A DNA stretch of 64,000 bases, taken from positions 160,001-224,000 of the forward strand of contig JBAXAI010000002.1 in NCBI GenBank assembly GCA_037142615.1, written 5' to 3'. The stretch's first letter is position 1; every line of letters starts with the position of its first letter. Below the pieces are notes generated by a model. That model did no database searches. It was not told where the DNA came from and worked only from the letters and a program-made list of their open reading frames with translations. The translations under genes and the position numbers were made by a program. Below, piece by piece: positions 56,806-64,000 of the stretch. The DNA is from Spirochaetales bacterium. GTDB lineage: Bacteria > Spirochaetota > Spirochaetia > JABEVK01.

Positions 56806-57605
56806 TGCGTTCTGCCAAAGAACTCCAAATCAACGAAAAGATCGAAGCCCGCCTGGGCGGCGCTCCGCTGGCTGCCTACCAGTACCTGCGCGATGATGCC
56901 GAGGTTGCCGCTTTGCAGGACTACTCCAACATCGTGTCGATCAAGCGACTGGGCTACAACGACCATGGGCCGGTGCACATGCGCAAAGTCACCTACAACG
57001 CCGTGAAGATGGCGCTGTTTCTTCGCGATGCCGGCATTCCGCTTAGCCTGGAAAAGGAAGAGCAGGGTAGTTTTGAGGATAGTTTGACCGCGATCGTCCT
57101 TGCTGCGTTTCTTCACGACATTGGCATGAGCCTCAGCCGTTCGCACCACGAAAATACCGGCATTTGGCTGGCGATTCCCATTCTTGACCGCGCCCTTCAC
57201 GTGCTTTTTCCCGACGACCTCACCAAGCGGGTGATCCTTCGTTCGGTGGCGATGGAGAGCATCATGGGGCACATGGCCAGCATTCCCATCCATTCGTTGG
57301 AGGCCGGTATCCTGCTCGTGGCCGATGGCTGTGACATGGAAAAGGGCCGTGCCCGCATTCCGATGATGCTGGCCACCGACGCGAAACTCGGCGATATTCA
57401 CCGTTACAGCGCCACCGCCATCGACAAAGTGAAAATCGTTCCCGGCGAACGATGTCCGATCAAGATCGAGATTCACATGACAGAGTCAGTCGGCTTTTTC
57501 CAGGTGGAAGAGGTGCTGTTTCCCAAGATCAAGGCCAGTCCCGTCAAGGGTTTTGTCGAGCTGTATGCACTCTTGGACGGTATGGAAACCAAGTGCTATC
57601 TCTAG
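56802..57605 (+). CDS. HD-domain phosphohydrolase
   Basis: LGYNDHGPVH, LHDIG, ADGCDM..GRAR, DIH..SA. Confidence 0.88.
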   Translation: MMRSAKELQINEKIEARLGGAPLAAYQYLRDDAEVAALQDYSNIVSIKRLGYNDHGPVHMRKVTYNAVKMALFLRDAGIPLSLEKEEQGSFEDSLTAIVLAAFLHDIGMSLSRSHHENTGIWLAIPILDRALHVLFPDDLTKRVILRSVAMESIMGHMASIPIHSLEAGILLVADGCDMEKGRARIPMMLATDAKLGDIHRYSATAIDKVKIVPGERCPIKIEIHMTESVGFFQVEEVLFPKIKASPVKGFVELYALLDGMETKCYL

Positions 57606-58558
57606 ACCGTGCCGAGAGTTTCGTCGAAAAGTTTGTTCACCAGCTCAAGGTTCGACGACATTGGGCGTCCAAGAACAAAGTTTCGTGTTTTCGCGTGTAC
57701 GACCGGGAAGTGGATGGCTTTGCCTTTCACATTGACCTCTACGAAGACCAATTGGTCTGGTGGGTTCTTACCGACCGCGCCGAGGATGAGGTGCCCGAGG
57801 AGTTGGTGACGAGGACCGCCGAAGCCAGTGGAGTTCCCCGGGCCAAAGTCCACCTCAAGACGCGGCAGAAACAGTCCGGAAAAGACCAGTACACCAAGCT
57901 GGGCGCCACCGACAACAAGACGACCGTCCGCGAAGGCGGCCTGAAGTTCCTCGTCAACCTCGAAGACTACCTCGACACGGGGCTTTTCCTGGACCACCGC
58001 TGGACCCGGGCCTATGTCCGCGATCTCTCGGCCGGACGGAAGGTGCTGAACCTGTTTGCCTATACGGGGAGCTTCACGGTCTACGCGGCCCACGGTGGCG
58101 CGTTTTCGTCGGTGACGCTCGACCTGAGTCAGCGCTATCTGGACTGGGCCGGTGAGAACCTGGCTCTCAATGGCTTGTCGTCGCCCTCGCATCGGTTGGT
58201 GAGGCGCGACGCGCTGGACTACCTGCGCACCGAGACCAAGGCCCGTTTCGACCTCATCGTTCTTGATCCGCCCACGTTTTCCAACTCAAAAAAGATGGAC
58301 GGCACCCTCGACGTGCAGCGGGACCACGGTTGGATGCTGGAAAAGTGCCTTCGCTTGCTGAGTCCGGAGGGCATTTTGCTGTTCAGCAACAATTTCCAGA
58401 AGTTTCGCCTGGACTTGCCGGCCGATCTCGATTGCCGTTGCGAGGAGGTTTCGTCGTTTACAGTTCCCGGCGACTTCCGCAAGGGCACCCATCGGTCCTG
58501 GATCCTGACCGGGCCGGACGCTCCGGCGCTGACCCTGAAAAAGCTGGAACTTTCCTGA
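57593..58558 (+). CDS. SAM-dependent rRNA methyltransferase (stand-alone RlmK-like)
   Basis: RVYD, DYLDTGLFLDHR, LNLFAYTG, DPPTFSNSK; GTG start inferred. Confidence 0.85.
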   Translation: MLSLDRAESFVEKFVHQLKVRRHWASKNKVSCFRVYDREVDGFAFHIDLYEDQLVWWVLTDRAEDEVPEELVTRTAEASGVPRAKVHLKTRQKQSGKDQYTKLGATDNKTTVREGGLKFLVNLEDYLDTGLFLDHRWTRAYVRDLSAGRKVLNLFAYTGSFTVYAAHGGAFSSVTLDLSQRYLDWAGENLALNGLSSPSHRLVRRDALDYLRTETKARFDLIVLDPPTFSNSKKMDGTLDVQRDHGWMLEKCLRLLSPEGILLFSNNFQKFRLDLPADLDCRCEEVSSFTVPGDFRKGTHRSWILTGPDAPALTLKKLELS

Positions 58559-58603
58559 CGTTTGCCCGTATATTGGAACAGTGACTTAGCGGAGGCTCTG
58601 ACT

Positions 58604-61111
58604 ATGTTCAAAGGACTCACCCAACGTGCCCAGCGCATTCTCACCGTGCTGGCCCAGGAAGAAGCCCGCCGGTTTCACTCAGACCTCCTTTTGCCCGAAC
58701 ACGTGATTCTCGCCCTGCTCAAGGACGGCGAGGGGATCGGGTACAAGGCTCTGAAGTCGATGGACCTCGACCTGAGCGATCTTCAGGCCGAGATCGAAAA
58801 GACAATTCCCCGCAAACCTTCAGGTTTTATTCTTGGCGATGTGCCACCCTCGAAGCGCGGAAAGAAGATCCTCGAGGAAAGCGCCAATGAGGCCCGCACG
58901 CTGGGCCACGAGTACATCGGCACCGAGCATCTGCTCCTGGCGACGGTCGCCGAGCAAGGTAGCATCATCAATCAGTACTTGGGCGGCAAGTCCATTTCGC
59001 TGGAGATTCTTCGCGACGTGATCAGCGAGCTTTCGGGCGGGAATACCTTGCGCCCCAAGGAAGAACGCGTCATGCCTTCCGGTTCGGATGATTCTCGCTG
59101 GAAGCGTCCCTCGACCTCGGTCAAGAAGACAACACCAACGCTCGACGAGTTCTCGCGCGACCTGACAGCTCTGGCTCAGAAGAAGATTCTCGATCCGGTG
59201 ATCGGCCGCGAAAAGGAAATCGGTCGGCTGATTCAGATTCTTTCGCGACGAACCAAAAATAACCCCGTGCTGATCGGCGAGCCCGGAGTCGGCAAGACCG
59301 CTATCGTCGAAGCTCTCGCCCAGCGAATCACGCAGGGATTGGCCCCCGATGCCCTGGCAGGAAAGCGAGTGATGGTGCTCGACTTGGCGGCCCTCGTTGC
59401 CGGTACCAAGTACCGGGGCGAGTTTGAAGAGCGGCTCAAGCGGGTCATGAAGGAAATTTCCACCGTAGGCAACGTCATTTTGTTCATCGATGAGTTGCAT
59501 ACCATCATTGGGGCCGGCGGGGCCGAGGGAGCCATCGACGCGAGCAACATGCTCAAGCCTGCCCTTTCCCGTGGCGAGATCCAGTGCATCGGTGCCACGA
59601 CGTTGGCCGAGTACCGCAAGCACGTCGAACGCGACGCTGCCTTGGAACGACGCTTTCAAAGCGTGCTGGTGAGCGAACCGAACGTAGATCAGTCCATTGA
59701 AATCCTGACCGGTATTGCTCCGCGTTACGCGAAGTTTCACAACGTGACCTACCTTCCCGAGGCCATTGAGGCGGCCGCCGTCCTCTCGAGTCGTTACATT
59801 TCCGACCGCTCGCTGCCCGACAAGGCTATTGACCTCCTCGACGAGGCCGGATCGCAAAAGAAGCTTTCGTCGTCGGCTCGTCCGCGCGAGCTTCAGGACT
59901 TGGAAGCGCAGGTCGAGACCCTCACCCGGGAAAAGAACGAGCTGGTCAACAGTCAGAGCTACGAGCATGCCGCCTCGATCCGCGACGACGTTCGAAAACT
60001 CAAACAGGAAATCGAGGACCTCAAGGCCCGCTGGGAAACTGATGGTGACTTGGACCCGCGAGTGGTCAGTGCCCTCGATATCCAGAATATCCTGGCCGAG
60101 ATCACCGGCATACCGCTTTCAAGTATCGCCCAAACCGAGGCTGACAAGCTCTTGGCGATTGAAGTAGTGCTCCATCAGTCGGTCATCGGCCAGCACGAAG
60201 CCATTGCCGCCATCGCTTCGTCGATTCGCCGGGCCCGTACCGGGCTTAATTCGCCCAAGCGTCCCCTGGGTTCGTTTGTATTCCTCGGGCCCACAGGCGT
60301 CGGCAAAACCCTCTTGGCCAAGACTCTGGCCGAGTTCCTTTTTGGTTCGGCCGAAAATGTCATCCGGCTGGACATGAGCGACTTCATGGAGAAGCACAAC
60401 GTCAGTAGGCTCGTCGGAGCTCCTCCTGGCTATGTCGGCTACGAAGAGGGCGGGCTGTTGACCGAGAAGATCCGTAGGCGACCCTACAGCGTCGTTCTGC
60501 TCGACGAGATCGAAAAGGCCCACCCGGATGTGTTCAACCTGCTGCTTCAGATTCTCGAAGAAGGAGAATTGCAGGACAACCTGGGCCACACGGTCAGTTT
60601 CCGAAACTGTCTGGTGATCATGACGAGCAATGTGGGCGCCCGCCAGATCACCCGCACGGGAAGTCTTGGTTTCAACAACGGTGAGGGTATGCTCAGCTAT
60701 GCCGAGATCAAATCCTCGGCCCTCGGGGAACTCAAGCGCCAGTTCCGCCCGGAGTTTCTCAACCGAATCGACGAGATCGTGGTCTTCCATGCCCTTTCTG
60801 GCAAGCAGGTCGAGAGCATCTTCCACCTCATGCTGGGCGAGATCCGCGAACGCCTGCTGGCGCGCAATTTGCGCATCGAGGTAACCGCCAAGGCGAGGGA
60901 ATGGTTGATCGCCAAGGGCTATGACGTCACGTATGGCGCTCGGCCCTTGCGCCGAACCTTGCAAAAAGAGCTGGAGGATCTGCTGTCTACCCGCATTCTT
61001 GAAGGTCAGTTGACCAGCGGCGACCAGATCACGGTTGAACTTCGGCGCGACAAGTTGGCTCTCAAGATCAAAAAATTCCAGCCGTTGAGCGTTTTGGCCG
61101 GGGTCCTTTGA
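58604..61111 (+). CDS. clpC: ATP-dependent Clp protease ATPase ClpC
   Basis: Clp N-domain; GEPGVGKT and GPTGVGKT; UVR-like middle domain. Confidence 0.93.
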   Translation: MFKGLTQRAQRILTVLAQEEARRFHSDLLLPEHVILALLKDGEGIGYKALKSMDLDLSDLQAEIEKTIPRKPSGFILGDVPPSKRGKKILEESANEARTLGHEYIGTEHLLLATVAEQGSIINQYLGGKSISLEILRDVISELSGGNTLRPKEERVMPSGSDDSRWKRPSTSVKKTTPTLDEFSRDLTALAQKKILDPVIGREKEIGRLIQILSRRTKNNPVLIGEPGVGKTAIVEALAQRITQGLAPDALAGKRVMVLDLAALVAGTKYRGEFEERLKRVMKEISTVGNVILFIDELHTIIGAGGAEGAIDASNMLKPALSRGEIQCIGATTLAEYRKHVERDAALERRFQSVLVSEPNVDQSIEILTGIAPRYAKFHNVTYLPEAIEAAAVLSSRYISDRSLPDKAIDLLDEAGSQKKLSSSARPRELQDLEAQVETLTREKNELVNSQSYEHAASIRDDVRKLKQEIEDLKARWETDGDLDPRVVSALDIQNILAEITGIPLSSIAQTEADKLLAIEVVLHQSVIGQHEAIAAIASSIRRARTGLNSPKRPLGSFVFLGPTGVGKTLLAKTLAEFLFGSAENVIRLDMSDFMEKHNVSRLVGAPPGYVGYEEGGLLTEKIRRRPYSVVLLDEIEKAHPDVFNLLLQILEEGELQDNLGHTVSFRNCLVIMTSNVGARQITRTGSLGFNNGEGMLSYAEIKSSALGELKRQFRPEFLNRIDEIVVFHALSGKQVESIFHLMLGEIRERLLARNLRIEVTAKAREWLIAKGYDVTYGARPLRRTLQKELEDLLSTRILEGQLTSGDQITVELRRDKLALKIKKFQPLSVLAGVL

Positions 61112-61112
61112 C

Positions 61113-63821
61113 GTGAGGCGGCCGGCAACCGCCGGGCTACTCCTGATCTTGGTCTTGGCTCTGGCGGCCGGGTCGGCCTCCGCTGGGTCCCTGGCAGCCG
61201 GAACTTCCGCCTCCGAGCTTTTGGATCAGGGAAACACGGCCTTTTCCAAACTTGACTACACGGGCGCGATTTTGTGGTATTCGCGTTTGCTCAAGGAATA
61301 CCCCGATGACAAGCTGGCGGTAACGGCCGCTTTTCTCCGCGGGGTGAGTCAGTATCAGGCGGGTCAGGCTTCGACGGCCCTCGACAGTTTCCAGAAACTC
61401 GACCGAACTTGGCCCTTGAACGACTTCCGCAACCGGCTGCCGTACTGGAAGGGTGTCTCGGCGCTTGGGGCGGGCCTGCTAGGTGTCGCCGAGCGGGAAC
61501 TCACTGCTCAGGCGCGCCTTACCGAGGCGCAGCCTTGGGCAACCCGGGCCTTGTTCCATCTCGGCCTGACCAGGCTTCAGGCCAAGCAGGAAGTGCAAGC
61601 CGTCGAGGCCTTCACGACTTTCTTGGGCAAGAGCACCGAGGGCGAGCTCCGCGCCAGAGCTTGCTACCAACTAGGGCGGGCGGCCCAAAGGCAAGCTGCC
61701 CCGGAGGCTTTGGAATGGTACCGAAAAGCCAGTCTAGAGGCTCCAGGCAGCGAGGCCGACCTGCAAGCCAGAAAGTCCCGCATCGATCTGATCTTGTCTG
61801 CTTCCGGCAACAGCGGGGCTGCTCTGGGGCTTGTCAACGAAGGCTCCGCTGCGTTTCCTGCTGACCGGGATTTCTGGGAGACCCGCCGAATCGAGGCGGC
61901 ACGGAAGGCGGGAGACATCACAGTCCTCCGCTTGGCTCTCCTGACAAGGTTGGGGCACGAAACGAACCCGCTCGCCAAGCAAAAGCTGGCCGTCAACCTG
62001 GCAGTTCTCGCCGACGAGGTGGGAACCCCCGATGTGAGGCTTTGGGCCGATGCGGCGCTAGGTCCTGACCCGGACCTTTCTTCCACGGCAACCCGCCGTC
62101 AGGCCGCGCTTCTCGAAGCGGCGGGAAGTTGGACCGCCGCCGCCCGGCTCTTGGCCTCGAGACCCGAGCAGGAGGACTGGCTTTCGCGGGCCTCGCAGGA
62201 CTTTCAGGCTGCGGGCGACACGGCAGCGTTTCTGGACACGCTGGGCCAGTTGATCAAACGCTACCCTTCCTCGGTGAATCTTGCGAACTGGCTCGATGCC
62301 AGAGCCGGCCTTCTTCTTCCAGCCGGTGATTCTGCCGGGGCTCTGAGAGACCTGGACCGTATTCTCAAGGATTTTCCCCGCTATGCCCGTGTGTTCGAGG
62401 TTCGTTACCAGATGGGCCTCGTCTACCTCCAACGAAATGAACCTCTGCGGGCAGAAGCGTGGTTCTATGGGCTGATCACCGAACTGGGCTCTGGAGAACT
62501 GTATCAACGGGCTCTTTTGGCTCGGGGTCAATGTTACGCCAACGCCGGGAAGAATGACCTCGCACGTGGCACGCTGGAGCGCTTGCTGCGCGAGAGTCCC
62601 GGTGGTCCTTGGGCCGCCGATGCTTGGTTCGCTGTGGCCAGGACGCAGCTTCAGGACCGGAACTTCCCAGCGGCGTGGGAGGCCTACTCCCAGGCTGCGG
62701 GCAAGTACCCCCTGTCGGCGCAACCCGCCGTGATGTGGGAAGGTTTGGCGGCCCTGGCGCTTGCACCCGATGCGTCCAAAGCCTCATCAGCCTACCTCGA
62801 GTTCGCCTCGCGCTTCGCGAGCGACGAGCTGGCGGGGGAAGCGGTCTACCGGGCAGGCGCTGTCCTTTTTCAGGCCAAAGACGCCCGAAGCGCGCTGGAG
62901 CTCTGGACCAAAGCTCTGCCAGCTCAAAAGGGCAAACCACGCGACGAGATCCGGGTCGGGATGGCACTCGCCCTGGCCTCAACCGGCGACACGGCCGCGG
63001 CAAGGGCGTCGCTGGAAAAGCTCGAGTCCGAAAGCTCCGACGGCGAGTTCGCCGCTAACGCCTGGTTCCAACTGGGCCAAAGCGCCACAGCTCTGGGGCA
63101 GGGGACCGAGGCGACAGCCGCCTTCGAGACCCTCATCCGTCTCCATCCCAACTCTTCGCTCGTCGAAAAGGCCCTTCCGCGAGCCGCTGGCGCCCTGCTT
63201 TCCACGGGTGACCCCTCGCTGGCCCTCGCGCGCTACGCTGACTTCTTTTCACGGTTCGGTCAGCAGACCAGTTCCGTGGCGGTAGCCCGGTCTGCCACCG
63301 CCGCCAGTGCCCTGTATCCCGACCTTCTCGAAAAGCTCGTCGGTTCGTCGAGAAGCTGGTCCTTGGCTCCCGAAGTGAAGACCGAGTTCGATCTGGCCTG
63401 GTGGAAAAGTCAGCTTGATATTGACGCGGCCAACGCCCTGACCGAGTTGCAGAACCTGAGCCGGAACGCTCCGTGGACAAGCCAGCGTTCGCAGGCGCTG
63501 TACATCGCAGGCCAATGGTCGCTATCACGGGGCCGGACCGACGATGCGAGGGCGTACTTCGAGGCCGCGCAGGCCTTGGGTGACGACCTCTCGGTGTTCC
63601 GGGCTCGGTTGGGGCTGGCCCAGGTCGCCGAGAAAGAAGGTCGACCAAGCGATGCCGCCCGCCAAAAGGAGACGGCGGAGAGGAGTGCCGGACCCGGAGT
63701 TCCTCAGGAGTTTCGGGTGGCAGCCCTGCAGGAGGCCCGCGACTTGTGGAAGTCGGCAGGCAAGGAAGAGGATCTTGCGAGGGTTTCGGCACGGCTGGAC
63801 TCCTTTACAAAGTCTCCCTGA
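61113..63821 (+). CDS. Large exported TPR protein
   Basis: Signal peptide; many BamD/CpoB-like TPRs. Confidence 0.8.
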   Translation: MRRPATAGLLLILVLALAAGSASAGSLAAGTSASELLDQGNTAFSKLDYTGAILWYSRLLKEYPDDKLAVTAAFLRGVSQYQAGQASTALDSFQKLDRTWPLNDFRNRLPYWKGVSALGAGLLGVAERELTAQARLTEAQPWATRALFHLGLTRLQAKQEVQAVEAFTTFLGKSTEGELRARACYQLGRAAQRQAAPEALEWYRKASLEAPGSEADLQARKSRIDLILSASGNSGAALGLVNEGSAAFPADRDFWETRRIEAARKAGDITVLRLALLTRLGHETNPLAKQKLAVNLAVLADEVGTPDVRLWADAALGPDPDLSSTATRRQAALLEAAGSWTAAARLLASRPEQEDWLSRASQDFQAAGDTAAFLDTLGQLIKRYPSSVNLANWLDARAGLLLPAGDSAGALRDLDRILKDFPRYARVFEVRYQMGLVYLQRNEPLRAEAWFYGLITELGSGELYQRALLARGQCYANAGKNDLARGTLERLLRESPGGPWAADAWFAVARTQLQDRNFPAAWEAYSQAAGKYPLSAQPAVMWEGLAALALAPDASKASSAYLEFASRFASDELAGEAVYRAGAVLFQAKDARSALELWTKALPAQKGKPRDEIRVGMALALASTGDTAAARASLEKLESESSDGEFAANAWFQLGQSATALGQGTEATAAFETLIRLHPNSSLVEKALPRAAGALLSTGDPSLALARYADFFSRFGQQTSSVAVARSATAASALYPDLLEKLVGSSRSWSLAPEVKTEFDLAWWKSQLDIDAANALTELQNLSRNAPWTSQRSQALYIAGQWSLSRGRTDDARAYFEAAQALGDDLSVFRARLGLAQVAEKEGRPSDAARQKETAERSAGPGVPQEFRVAALQEARDLWKSAGKEEDLARVSARLDSFTKSP

Positions 63822-63851
63822 TCGTGTATTAAGAGCTTTCCGGAGGAACTC

Positions 63852-64000
63852 ATGGCCATCAATCTCGATAAAATCGTCAACTTTGAAGGGAACATCTACG
63901 AAGTGACGAATGCGGTGATCCGCCGTGCGCGACAGATTACTGAAATCGGCGACGACGACCTGAACCTCCACAGCGGCAAAGTCGTTTCCACCTCACTTCA
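63852..64000 (+). CDS. rpoZ: RNA polymerase omega subunit, 3' partial
   Basis: SD GGAGG; NIYEVTNAVIRRARQI...GKVVSTSL. Confidence 0.8.
   Translation, partial: MAINLDKIVNFEGNIYEVTNAVIRRARQITEIGDDDLNLHSGKVVSTSL

Overview
GC-rich chromosomal window from a spirochaete. This is inferred from two FlaA sheath proteins, a P83/100-family protein, fused PyrBI, a PlzA-like PilZ protein and three Maf/DUF115 paralogs. Most of the window is core genome: Gld-like ABC transporter, PBPs, M23 peptidases, DEAD helicase, cNMP/Crp regulators, infC-rpmI-rplT-zapB-zapA, clpC, rpoZ and tRNA-Leu(UAA). The first 8 kb is accessory. It holds an FGE-sulfatase/CLec protein whose C-terminus looks like a diversity-generating retroelement (DGR) variable region (no TR or RT seen here), then two small-gene cassettes each preceded by the same 39-bp motif (hicB with a broken hicA, and an unassigned basic/acidic pair), a Fic remnant and mazEF. 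Features missing from the ORF track: an A10 frameshift in a sigma28-type operon upstream of two maf genes, a 40-aa membrane/secreted peptide gene, a candidate sRNA, apparently leaderless genes, an internally deleted NHL lipoprotein gene and hairpin/tandem repeats. All family calls come from motif recognition by eye; no database searches were run.
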